Positions 8,795 to 19,698 are shown, counted from the first letter of the stretch. The stretch: 64,000 bases of DNA from an uncultured Methanosarcinaceae archaeon (GCA_963833425.1 CAWHXP010000005.1:64001-128000); one strand, 5' to 3'. Numbers and translations are program-made. Notes: generated by a model not told the origin, from the sequence alone.

Positions 8795-10126
8795 TTACTT
8801 TTCATTTTTAAGCATGGCCTCCTTTAATGTTGAAATTTCATCAAGCTCCCTTTTTAATTCGTTCTTCATTTCCCATATTTTTTCAAGATCTGCATATTGC
8901 ATATAGTCAGCTTTGATAGATTCGGTGGCTTTCATGTTTTCTATCTCTGCCTTGAGTTCCTGCAGTTCAGATCTTTCGTCTTTTCTTTCCTGTGTCATAA
9001 TGTCAGTAATTCGCTTGTATGCATCTTTATCTTCCTTCATTTGAATGAAAGCGGGGTGCTCCGTAGGATCGATTGATTTTTCAATAGTTAGATATGAGAT
9101 ATATTTTGTATACTCTTCCTTCAATTTCTCAGGGGAAGCTCTATAATATGCCTCGTGTGTCGCATCCAATTGGTGCCCGAGCAGGAAATCCACAAAAAAT
9201 AAACTGGCATGTTCATTGAGTAACGTGGTATTAAAGAATCTCCTCATATTATGTGATCTGTTGATATTATATTCACCACTTCCTGAACTGGTCTGAGCTT
9301 CTTCATTCAGTCTATGATAAATTGATATTATCGTTTCTTTACTTAGCTTTCTGAGCTCTTCTTTATCTTTCATTTTCTTAGCTGTCAGATATTCAAAAGG
9401 CACAGCCCTGGTGACAAACAAATATCCTTCTTTAGTAGTAACACGTTGTTTTTCGAGTTGTTGCTCTTTTATTTTGCTTTTATAATTAGGCTCCCTATTT
9501 CGCCAATTAAGATAATCCTGAATTGCTTTTGAAGCTTCGGGAGATAAGAAAGTATAGAACTCATAGTTTTTCTTTTTTCTGACAAGGTGTAGCGTTGTTA
9601 TGCCTGTCTTTGGGTCATAACCATCTACGAAATCACTAACTCTAAGATTGGAGATATCCACAGCACTCAATCCACTACTGACGCCCACTAACACAAGAGC
9701 ACGCTCAAGGGGATCACAAACATTAAGGATTTTTCTTATATCATCCTTAGTTGGTATTTTCTTTCGTTTTAATTCCGGTCTTGCATTTGTCGTGCCTTTT
9801 GGGAGTACTGGCAACTGAATATTATACAATCTATAGAATGAGCATACTCCAGTCATTCTGCTTTTAATAGTCAGTGGAGCAATATCTTTTCTCTCCAAAT
9901 GTTCTCTAAACTCTCGGAGATAACTGGTTATATTTCTCTCACGCATCAAGAGTCCAGCGCGAATCTCTTTTTCGGCTTCTTCTATAAGCTGTAATGGCGT
10001 GTTATGGGTGAACTCAGTAAATTGCTGCATTGATTGCAAATACACCCTTCTTGTTTCATAAGCCGCTTTGATTCCGGATAGCCAATCCTTAATTATTTTG
10101 TCGTTCTTTAACTCATTAACTTTCAT
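8795..10126 (-). CDS. Tyrosine recombinase/integrase with C-terminal coiled coil
   Basis: SSGLSAVDISNL, SHNMRRFF (HxxR), LLGH and catalytic Tyr region HEAYY. 443 aa. Confidence 0.9.
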   Translation of the reverse strand: MKVNELKNDKIIKDWLSGIKAAYETRRVYLQSMQQFTEFTHNTPLQLIEEAEKEIRAGLLMRERNITSYLREFREHLERKDIAPLTIKSRMTGVCSFYRLYNIQLPVLPKGTTNARPELKRKKIPTKDDIRKILNVCDPLERALVLVGVSSGLSAVDISNLRVSDFVDGYDPKTGITTLHLVRKKKNYEFYTFLSPEASKAIQDYLNWRNREPNYKSKIKEQQLEKQRVTTKEGYLFVTRAVPFEYLTAKKMKDKEELRKLSKETIISIYHRLNEEAQTSSGSGEYNINRSHNMRRFFNTTLLNEHASLFFVDFLLGHQLDATHEAYYRASPEKLKEEYTKYISYLTIEKSIDPTEHPAFIQMKEDKDAYKRITDIMTQERKDERSELQELKAEIENMKATESIKADYMQYADLEKIWEMKNELKRELDEISTLKEAMLKNEK

Positions 10127-10284
10127 TTAAAGTCACATCCTAAAATAAATACCTATACAAATTTATAATTGTATTCATTGATATCCATACAGATGATTCA
10201 CAAAACATAACATTCTATGCTACCATAAACATCACAAATATTTTGACGACAAAAAAATATTTGTGAAGCAACAAAAAAAATATC

Positions 10285-10502
10285 TAGAGAGTATTTCGAT
10301 GATCTCCGATTTTTGGCTGGTTGCTTATTCAAAATTTAGTACTAACTAGTCCCTAAAAAGCAATGCAGATTAATTTCATATAAAATTCTGATCGTGTTCT
10401 TAGTCATTATAGATATTTCGAAAATCATCGATTTCAACAAATTGCTTATATATTGATTATAAGCAACCAGCCAAAAATCGGAGATTATCGAAATACTCTC
10501 TA
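10285..10502. repeat. 44-bp inverted repeat (1 mismatch) around a 130-bp spacer; right arm is part of a ~90-bp MITE
   Basis: TAGAGAGTATTTCGATGATCTCCGATTTTTGGCTGGTTGCTTAT (10285-10328) matches the reverse complement of 10459-10502. Confidence 0.9.
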
Positions 10503-11231
10503 TAAATTTGAGCTTTTTATCATTTTCTGGCTTTTTTGTTATTTTAAATATTGTGTGTTAAAGTCAAGATAGTTTTAGGGATGGAATTGGTACTAAATTA
10601 TGAAAATTACCAAAAATAATGAAATATTACATATTTAATATTATAATATTGTTTGCCTTTATAATTAGTTATGTGGAAACAATTTTTGTTCATAAACATT
10701 TTTTCGTGTAAATAATTAGAAATAAAGTATAGTGCATATTATTTTTGCAGCTTATATCTAATAAATTGTGAGCTAGCAGATACAAATGAAAGAATTGCCC
10801 GGAAGATGTTGTTTAGGAATATTATTGTTCAGGCAATATACCTTTGGAGTTGGGATAAGGAACATAACTTTCAGGAACATAACTTTCCGGGTTTTTCTTC
10901 CAATCATTTTTCAGTTGTGCCCGAATGGGGTAATGCTGTGAACGTTAAAATGACTATGAAATTGTCCCGTCATCGGGATGTAGATTTAAGAAATAGGTAA
11001 CAACAAAAGTAACACTTTTTTACAAATTGTATCTTAATCGAATAATGGTGACGAATGTATGAATGAACTTACCAGTAGATTATTCTTCCAGAAACGAATT
11101 GGACTATTAATTGGTTCATAACGAGTATTATAATAATACAATATTAAGATAAAAATATAGTTCCAAATTTATTATCAAAAATCTAAGGTAAATGGGGGTA
11201 AAATTAAATTGTATAAGTTTGGAGGGATTAA

Positions 11232-12578
11232 TTGAAGAGACAATTGCGATTATTATTTATAGGAACTTATGTTCCAAAGGAGTGCGGAATTGCTACATTT
11301 ACTTATGATCTTTTAAATTCGGTTTCTGTAGGAAATAACGACATTCATTGTGAAGTTATTGCTTTGATTGATCCTTCTGAAAATTATAATTATTCAGAAG
11401 AAGTTGTTTTTCAAATTGAAAGAAACAAACTCGAAGATTACTACCGAGCTGCAGATTTTATAAATCGTTCCGATGCAGACGTTATCTGTCTTCAACATGA
11501 ATTCGGTCTTTTTGGTGGAGAAGCAGGAGAATACATTTTCGCTCTTATATCAGAAATAAGTAAACCTGTAATAACAACAATGCACACTGTGATCCTAGAG
11601 CCTGAACTTGAGTATCAAATATCCACTGAAAAGCTAGTAAGGTATTCCGAAAAGCTTGTTGTAATGAGCCAGACTGCGATCGATATGCTAAAAGATATTT
11701 ATAATGTTTCGGAAGATAAAATAGAATTAATTCATCATGGAGTTCCTGACTATCCATTTAATGAATGTGGTAAGTATAAAAAGATGTTAAATTTGAAGGG
11801 GTCTCCCCTTGTTCTTACTTTTGGCTTGTTGAGCCAAAATAAAGGAGTCGAAAGTATTCTCAAAGCCCTTTCTGATGTTGTAAATCAATATCCTGACCTT
11901 GTTTACCTTATTCTGGGCGCCACGCATCCTATGATCAAAAAGAAATATGGAGAAGCATACAGGCAATATCTTAAGAACATGGTTTCCAAACTTGGGCTTG
12001 AGAATAATGTAGTATTTCATGACAAATTTGTTGAAAAAGAAGAGCTATGTAATTATATCCTCGCCAGCGACATTTATGTATCTCCCTATCTTTCCAGAGA
12101 ACAGATAGTAAGCGGCGCTCTGTCCTATGCCATAGGTATGGGAAAAGCAATCGTTTCCACTCCTTATTGGTATGCTGAGGAAATGCTTTCCGATAATCTC
12201 GGGTTGCTTGTCGATTTTGGAGACACTGAAGGCTTTAAAAAATCACTTTTATACTTAATCGAAAATACAGAAGAGTGCAATAATATGCGCAAAAATGCCT
12301 ATGATTTTGGCAGAAAAATGATATGGGGAAGCGTAGGTAAAGAATATACTACTGTCTTCTATGAAGCATTAAATAACTACACTAACTATCCCGAAATACA
12401 AAACATCGTTAATTTCCTTCCAAATGAGTTGCCTGAAATAAAAGTTGACCACCTTAAGCTATTGACCGATAATCTGGCCAGTATACAGCACACCTATCTT
12501 GGTATACAAGCTCTCCATTATTTTTCCAGGGCTGATGATGGGGGGCAAAAGGTTTCCATCAATCCAAAAAAAAGGTGA
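11232..12578 (+). CDS. Glycosyltransferase family 4, probably C-terminally truncated
   Basis: GTYVPKECGIATF, QHEFGLFGG, IHHGVP, TFGLLSQNKG and SGALSYAIGMGKAIVSTPYWYAEE motifs. GGAGG RBS before the TTG start. Confidence 0.88.
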   Translation: MKRQLRLLFIGTYVPKECGIATFTYDLLNSVSVGNNDIHCEVIALIDPSENYNYSEEVVFQIERNKLEDYYRAADFINRSDADVICLQHEFGLFGGEAGEYIFALISEISKPVITTMHTVILEPELEYQISTEKLVRYSEKLVVMSQTAIDMLKDIYNVSEDKIELIHHGVPDYPFNECGKYKKMLNLKGSPLVLTFGLLSQNKGVESILKALSDVVNQYPDLVYLILGATHPMIKKKYGEAYRQYLKNMVSKLGLENNVVFHDKFVEKEELCNYILASDIYVSPYLSREQIVSGALSYAIGMGKAIVSTPYWYAEEMLSDNLGLLVDFGDTEGFKKSLLYLIENTEECNNMRKNAYDFGRKMIWGSVGKEYTTVFYEALNNYTNYPEIQNIVNFLPNELPEIKVDHLKLLTDNLASIQHTYLGIQALHYFSRADDGGQKVSINPKKR

Positions 12579-12770
12579 TTTAACTTGAAATAAAAATCAA
12601 AAATATAGGAATCCGAAAGGATTGACCGATTGGACTGAAAAATCAATAAGCTTAAAAACCTCAAACTATCCCAATCGTGAATTTGATCATACTGTCTTAT
12701 GTACTTGAATTAAATCCTCAAGTGCGTAAGTCGTAACATATAATAGAACTAAGTATCAGGAGTAAAAACT

Positions 12771-13268
12771 ATGGTAACTGGAGATATTCCATTATTTTTG
12801 ACTGCAAAGACGATAAACGGAGACAAAGTCATCAATATGGCTGGAGAGCATTTGGGAAAGATTGAAGATATAATGATTGATCTAGAAAATGGTAGAGTAG
12901 CATATGCAGTACTCTCTTTTGGTGGGTTCCTGGGTCTTGGGAATAAATTTTTTGCTGTTCCCTGGGAAGCTCTTTCAGTGAGGCCACATGAGCACGCTTT
13001 CGCTCTTGACGTTAGCAAGGAAATACTGGAGAAAGCGGAAGGCTTTGATAAAGACGACTGGCCTTTAACTTGTGAGCAGCTCACCACTTCGACTCATGAG
13101 TGGCTCGCCAATATCTATACTTGCTACGGATGCAAGCCTTATTGGCAGACAGAGATTTTAGAACTGACAGAAAAAGAAAACATAGAAGAAGGAGTTAAAG
13201 TTGAGCCCGTACACCCCTCTGAAAATAGAGGAGGTAAAAAGAGAGGCCTTTTGGACACCTGCAAATAA
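12771..13268 (+). CDS. PRC-barrel domain protein
   Basis: GEHLGKIEDIMIDLENGRVAYAVLSFGGFLGLGNKFFAVPW. Confidence 0.9.
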   Translation: MVTGDIPLFLTAKTINGDKVINMAGEHLGKIEDIMIDLENGRVAYAVLSFGGFLGLGNKFFAVPWEALSVRPHEHAFALDVSKEILEKAEGFDKDDWPLTCEQLTTSTHEWLANIYTCYGCKPYWQTEILELTEKENIEEGVKVEPVHPSENRGGKKRGLLDTCK

Positions 13269-13961
13269 GGAGGCTAAGGTATTAGAGGCTGGTTATTGAT
13301 TAAATTTGATAAAACGAGCTCATGATCCTTTTTTGGGATAATGTTTAGAGATTCTTATGTTTGCTATTTTCAGTAACAAGCAGCCACGGCTCATCAATAT
13401 TCCAACAACAAAATTGTAAGAAACCGACATTGTAGAAAACCAATCTAAATCAGTTTCATGAGGCTGAAAATAAATATGTAAAAATGTATCAGATCATTCA
13501 ATTCAGATTAATGGCTAGTCTTAGTTTCAAAAGATTTATGCACAGTCAAAAAAACAAGATATAACTTTGAATATTAAGAAGAAAACAGAAGCATAAGGGT
13601 ATTTTACACATTGCAATATCAACAATTGCATCAAATTCGAGAGAATAGAATTTGAAAATATATATAGGATTATACGCGGTTGAACTGAGAAATAGATAAG
13701 CTTCTAAACCTCTCACTGTCTCAAAAGTGAATTCGAACACAAAATCTATTGACTTTGATTTGATACTTCAAGTATGTAACTGCTAATACCGTCACTTAAT
13801 AAAATTCATTGGTCAAATTACCTTGACTATGTCACAGTATGAGGTAAAAATGTCATCATTAGATCTCATATGCCAAATATATTATTCATAGTAAAATTTA
13901 TGATCATAAATGGAGTAACTTCTGATATGACAAAGTCTAATTACGATATGGAGAGTAAAAT

Positions 13962-14120
13962 ATGGCGGATTTGATAGGACTTGCGGTTATATTTTTAGTA
14001 TTAGCACTGATTGCATTTATATTGGGCGCACGAGGAATTGCTGGTTTCTCTATGGAGATTGCGAAGTGGCTTATCATAATTTTTATTGTACTTGCAATTC
14101 TCACGTTTTTCTTCAGATGA
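13962..14120 (+). CDS. DUF1328 (UPF0391/YtjA-like) small membrane protein, 52 aa, absent from the ORF track
   Basis: [52 protein letters not shown]: two hydrophobic helices around LGxxGIAG. GGAG upstream. Confidence 0.85.
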   Translation: MADLIGLAVIFLVLALIAFILGARGIAGFSMEIAKWLIIIFIVLAILTFFFR

Positions 14121-14264
14121 CAGAAACCTCTAATAAAGTATAAGATATTAATCTAGGACTAACGCAGTTGAAGAGGGCATTTTAATATTTGACCTTTGGA
14201 TAAGGGATTTATATCTAAGATATTATAAAACAATTTTTCAAATTTCCCTTAATTAAATTAGGAG

Positions 14265-14642
14265 TTGAGTTGTATGGGAATAGTTGAAGAAACACAAGTT
14301 GCGAAGAACATGAGTTTCGTGCCGGCAACTGAAATAAAAGGATCTAGGGTTGTCAACGTCAAAGAGGAAAACCTTGGAAAGATTGAAGAAGTGATGATTG
14401 ACCCTGAAAATGGAAGAATAGCATACGTTGTACTTTCTTTTGGCGGCTTGCTAGGGATGGGTAACAAATTATTTGCTATCCCGTGGGACTCTTTTGAGTA
14501 TAATCGCGGTGATTATATTCTGAGGTTGGACAAATCTATCCTAGAAAAAGCAGAAGGTTTCGACGAAGAAGCATGGGCGCTGACTCGTGATGAGTTATTA
14601 TCTGTATATAAGCGCTGTGGGATTCAACCCTATTGGAAGTAA
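14265..14642 (+). CDS. PRC-barrel domain protein (paralog of 12771-13268; start may be a few codons downstream)
   Basis: LGKIEEVMIDPENGRIAYVVLSFGGLLGMGNKLFAIPW. Confidence 0.9.
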   Translation: MSCMGIVEETQVAKNMSFVPATEIKGSRVVNVKEENLGKIEEVMIDPENGRIAYVVLSFGGLLGMGNKLFAIPWDSFEYNRGDYILRLDKSILEKAEGFDEEAWALTRDELLSVYKRCGIQPYWK

Positions 14643-14854
14643 GCAAACCATTTTCGGCTGATTGCATGGAAATTGCTGTTCCCGATCCGATTTTCTCACC
14701 AGAGAAATACAGGAAAAGACGTAAGGTTCTCGGAAATTTCACTATTTTTGAGAACATCCCCTCTTCCATTGATGAATTTATTCACGGATTACGGGTCTAG
14801 GAAGGCAGAAAATGCAGGTTCGAGTCTTGCAAGAGACAAATAAGAGTGAAAATT

Positions 14855-15013
14855 ATGGCAGAAACAGTAGCAATTTGGGAACCGACCGAATATAGGAGTG
14901 TATGTCCACATTGCAGTGCAACAAACTTGAGTAAAATACCAGCTATACGTTATGTTTGTACTGATTGCAACAAAGAATATATGGCTACAGTAGCTCACAC
15001 AGAAGAAGATTAA
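14855..15013 (+). CDS. Zinc-ribbon microprotein, 52 aa, absent from the ORF track
   Basis: MAETVAIWEPTEYRSVCPHCSATNLSKIPAIRYVCTDCNKEYMATVAHTEED; two CxxC motifs. Confidence 0.7.
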   Translation: MAETVAIWEPTEYRSVCPHCSATNLSKIPAIRYVCTDCNKEYMATVAHTEED

Positions 15014-16276
15014 CTTATGCTATCTATCAAAGAGCAAGTCAATTCCAAAACGAAAAATGAAATTCTTCGAATAAAAGGCACCAACAAATGAAAGTACTTT
15101 TTACCTTACTTTTTTTGACTATTGATTTCATTACTACCTTTGGAGTAAAGTTGTACTAGATTTGGTTTTTCAGAACCGTCCCAAAACTAATCAGCGAATT
15201 ACCATCAAGGTTTAAATGTGACTTTAATCAGATATGCCAAATTATCTTTGGAATAATTCCACTGCCTAAATTGATTAAATGATCTGAATGGATCTTTAAG
15301 ATAATTCCACTAGCAAAATTTTTGTTTAGAAGTATATCCAAGCTTCAATAGTTAACGATCTCAGCCCATTTTTTAAAAGTATGAATAGTAATGAAATCTA
15401 GATTATATCCAGGTTTACATCACGCATATTTTGGGGAATTTTTGTGGAAATCAGTGCAATACATCATGATTTCTGAAAGATACAAATCTCTCGGAACTTT
15501 TCTCCCTTAAAGTAAAAATTCTTGAAAAAGTAGGTTACTACCAATCTATGGTCTGATGAGAATTATTCTGTAGCTCGAAACCGAAAGTCTTCAAAGCTTG
15601 CTCTGCAAAGTGTAGAGAGCAGTTCCATCCACTATTTTTCCAGCAACACAATTGACTCTATTAGGACTTACTTATTTTAAAGGACAAAACTAACTACAAT
15701 AGAACATTGTTGTCAAATTCACCATTTAAACAGTTGGAGGTTTAATGTTACTTATTTTGTATCTCAAGTGTGCAAGTCCTATCTATATCTTGTATTTGGC
15801 ACTTCGCCGTTTCGTGTGGGATTGGAAACAATTTTTTAGTTGAAAAGTAACTACACAATAAATAGGCATCGAGAATGGATATAATTTCCATAAATAACTG
15901 TTTGCAAATATAACATATACTTGTTGCATTTAGGAAGTAATTTTAAATAACTAACTCGAAATAACAAAGAGCCTTGTATTTTTTAATCCCTACTCTAAAT
16001 CACTTTTGCTGACATGATTAAGTTAGGTGTTTTATGAGATGATTAGTTTCTTCTTTTGGCTAACACTATCCTACAGAGATTTCTGATAAACTTGATATAC
16101 TATTTTGCCAAAAAAATCTGCTAGACATCGTTCATGTTAAACATTTCAGATTCTAGAGTAGTATAAGTTTTATTTTTTAGATATGTTCTTTTTTGTAATT
16201 TTATGGCGAAGCCAGCTTAAGAACTAAATTGTCTATGATCTTTTGGAGAACTTTTAATAGCTGAATCATATTATTC

Positions 16277-16365
16277 AGAAAATTTCGATGAACCTCCAAT
16301 TTCAACAAATTGTTTACATACGCCTTATAAACAACCAGCAAAAAATTGAATTTATCTAGATCCTC
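16277..16365. mobile_element. ~90-bp IS5-related MITE copy
   Basis: Shares ATTTCAACAAATTG...CAACCAGC with 10410-10502 and 51433-51524. Ends resemble AGAGnATTTCGATAA. Confidence 0.65.
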
Positions 16366-17343
16366 ATCAGTGCAATTTGTGCAATGATTTTTTTAATCTA
16401 CTTTATCTGTCTTTTCAGAAATAAATTCTTCAGATCTCATGAATTTTCAACTATAAACATAGATGCTGTATTAAATGAATCATAAATAAAAATCCAAATC
16501 ACTTTTTGATTCACATGCAAAAAAATCACATTTTTTTGATATAACCCAACTTTTAAGAGCTAAAATTCCATCATCATATATAGCGAAACTTTGCTGTTGT
16601 TTCTCAACGGAAACTAGAAACTAGTGTTAAACACTTTTATAAATGTTTGAACCACAAGACTTTTTACTATTTCGATCAATCCAAATCACTAATTCATTGG
16701 GCAGTGAAATCATCTAAAAGACTAATATTAACATCCGTGATCAAAGTTACATATGAGCCTCTGATAGCAATTAATTGATTATTTTATAAAGTTTTTTTAA
16801 AAACCAAAATTCGGACGAACTCCTGGCCGAAATAAAAATGGGTTCAATGTTTACAGGAGAGTAAGGTAAAGAATAATTCATTCATTCAAGCTTATTATTG
16901 AAGAAATTCATGTTAATTCTCAGGAGAGATCTATTCTCATTCTATCCCCAGTTTCTGGGGAAGAGAAAATCATGCAACGATTTGTTTTTTTGAACATAAG
17001 TTGCTGTTTCAATTTTTTTTAATAATAACGCTAGCTTGAGGCTACCCGAGTTTGCTAAGTTTTGTTGATGATTTATTTCCTTCATTCTCTTGTTTAAGTT
17101 TATTTATAGATCCTGAATACTGGTTCCTTTTGAAACGTTGCCTGTTATTTGGGACATGTTTGATTTTTCCATTGGCTAGCGTAACCACTCATTGTTGAAA
17201 GAGCAGAAATAAATAAATTGAGAGTAATAACAGTTAATAGAAGATAAATTTCTCATTGAAAATTCGCATTTATATCTTGTATTATATTATTGTGAAAATC
17301 ACTTTCTTTATTTATCAATGAAGATTCCAAAGATATAGATATT

Positions 17344-18859
17344 TCATTCTTTCAGCCTAAGGTTTTTCTTTCTTATACAGCATCCTAATCCGCACAGAAA
17401 AGTTGTGACACTATTTTCGACAAAATCCGCATCAAAATCCCCAAAAATAGTTATCCTGTAAGATACAGCTAGCCTTTCGATCCAGTTATTCCCGATGTAG
17501 TTTTCTACCAAATTAGATCCCCGATAGATATCACTAATTTCACAAGCTGCAAGATTTTTGTTTGTACTTACAGCTTCAAGGATTATTTCAGGGTCAGCAC
17601 CAATGGGAATAAGAACTGAGATATCCCTAATCGAATGCTTAAGATTTTCTTTTCTCCATTGTCTTAGTTCAGATTCTGAAAGGAGTCGAAGGTTTTCAAG
17701 CTTAAGTTGTATGAATCTATTTTTTATTTGAGGAGCAGTGCCTTTTGAGGTTAGCTTTTTGAGAACCACCTCATTCTGGCTAAATTTTTCAAGAGTACCT
17801 ACATGAATATTTCCGGAATAAAAAGTGAGAAAAGCCACAGACTTTCCCGACGGAGTTTAGTATAGTTTCATATTCAACTATTTTGGAATTGATCAACTTA
17901 TCCGACTTGCTAAGGGCTTGAGCTGTATCTCCGTACTTTCGAGCAGCAGCCTTCATTTTTCTTGCAAATCCCTCTTCATCGTGAGCCCTTACCAGGCTAG
18001 AGATCTCTTCACACTCTTTGATGAAAGTCTTATGGACTTCCAGGACTCCGGGATTTTCCATCTGGATGAGAGCATAAAGGTAGGGATTCTGACCAAGAAT
18101 TCGGCCTACGAAATCCAGCATTATGTCATAAACCGGGCTTACGAATTTCCGGGATTTTTTTACATCAAAGTCCAACCTGTCAATTGTCGTCCCTATGCTG
18201 ATATAAGCAAAATGAGTGAGTCCCTGAACAACTGAAACAAGCATGTCGTGTTCAACAGCGGTGGTGATTTCAACATTTGCTCCGCTTTCTTCAAAAAGTT
18301 CCCTTATTACTGGGAACCATTTCTCCGAGCGTCCCTTAACGGGAACAAGAATTATAGTCTGCCCTCTGATAGTCTGAATAGTTGGACCGAACATTGGGTG
18401 TGTTCCCAGAATTTCTACATCCTGAGGGACAAATTTTCTCATGGCTTCTACTGGCTTTACTTTAACAGAAGTAAAATCCATAAGAAGGCTCCCAGCCTTC
18501 ATTTTTGGAGCAATTTCTGCAATCGTATCTTCAGTTACGTTGATAGGCACAGAGACTATTAAGATATCACTTTCAGAAATCGTTGATTCAAGATCCGAGG
18601 CAAACGGAACTTCCAATTTTCTGGCAATTTCAATTTTGCCGCTTTTTCCCCAAACTGTAACTTCATAATCTTTTTCTTTGAAAAAATTGGTGAACCACTG
18701 TCCCATCTCTCCGGTTCCACCGAGAATCAACACTTTAGTTTTTCCGGAATTCTCTCTTTGTTGAGGCACTTTAGAAGCATGATTTTTTGTATGATTTTTC
18801 TGAAAATGGCACTTAGATTCGTCTATCTCCATCCATTTTGTCTCCATGTCCGCATTCAC
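17344..18859 (-). pseudogene. tyrA: Prephenate dehydrogenase split by a frameshift (N-terminal 17789-18859, C-terminal 17344-17838)
   Basis: ILGGTGEMG Rossmann motif, DFTSVK, HPMFGP, VQGLTH. Removing one base from the A5 run at 17820-17824 joins the frames as ...VCGFSHF-YSGNIHVGTLEK... Confidence 0.8.
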
Positions 18860-19698
18860 GCTTTTAAAGTTTCCAAAACAGCTTTTTTCATGATTTCCAC
18901 TGGAGGTTCAATTCCAGTCCAGAGCCTAAAAGCCTCAGCTCCCTGGTAAACAAGCATTAATACTCCACTTACTGTTTTTGCACCTGTAGATTTTGCTTCT
19001 TTCAAAAGCTTGGTTTCCAAGGGGTTATAAACAATATCAAAAACAGTAAGTTCAGGGTGAAGTTCTTCTGCTGTTGCAATAGAATTTTCTGTGTTAGGGT
19101 GCATTCCCAGAGTTGTGGTATTAATCAGAACATCTGCCTCCTTCAGAAGATCCTTTAATCCTAGGAGCCCAGCTCCCTTTATCTTCCCTTGGAGGTCCGC
19201 ACTTGAGATATCCTTTGCAAGTTCGATTGCTTTTTCTTCAGTTCGGTTTACTATAGTGATATCTGCTCCATCAGCTGCAAGCTGAAAAACAATAGCCCTT
19301 GATGCCCCTCCTGCCCCTGCAATCACTATTTTAGACCCCTTTATTTCTACTGCAGCATCTAAAAGCGCCTTTTTTGCACCCAAACCATCGGTATTATATC
19401 CGGTTATTTCCCCGAATTTATCGAAAACAACAGTATTTATGGCTCCTATACTCTCTGCCAATGGATCAGGCTTAATGCAATCTAGTTTCAGAGCCCATTC
19501 TTTCAAGGGCACGGTCAAGTTGAGCCCTCCAAATCCCATAGCATTTGCTCCAAGGATTGCCTTTTCCAGCTTCTCTGATTTAACATTAAATGCATGGTAG
19601 ATGCAATCCATCCCGAGAGCTGAAAAAACTGCATTATGCATCATTGGTGAAACTGAATGGCTTATAGGATCCCCAAATACGCCAAAAATTTGCTTCAT
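18856..19698 (-). CDS. aroE: Shikimate dehydrogenase
   Basis: GDPISHSVSP, NLTVPLK, NTDG, GAGGA and DIVYNP motifs. Confidence 0.95.
   Translation of the reverse strand: MKQIFGVFGDPISHSVSPMMHNAVFSALGMDCIYHAFNVKSEKLEKAILGANAMGFGGLNLTVPLKEWALKLDCIKPDPLAESIGAINTVVFDKFGEITGYNTDGLGAKKALLDAAVEIKGSKIVIAGAGGASRAIVFQLAADGADITIVNRTEEKAIELAKDISSADLQGKIKGAGLLGLKDLLKEADVLINTTTLGMHPNTENSIATAEELHPELTVFDIVYNPLETKLLKEAKSTGAKTVSGVLMLVYQGAEAFRLWTGIEPPVEIMKKAVLETLKA

Larger units (their letters stand above)
3700..10250. mobile_element. Integrative element with tyrosine integrase and PolA replication-like module (boundaries approximate, att sites not found)
   Basis: Integrase, divergent regulators and a tightly coupled minus-strand operon ending in DNA polymerase A, iteron-like repeats and a wHTH gene. 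Confidence 0.75.

Noticed and set aside
10858..10887. 15-bp tandem duplication AGGAACATAACTTTC as an att site or target duplication
   Set aside because: The copies are adjacent and no partner was seen on the other side of the element; most likely slippage.
15420..15660. Possible IS1-like transposase remnant on the minus strand (MYCTDF...)
   Set aside because: Only a few residues match; too weak without a search.
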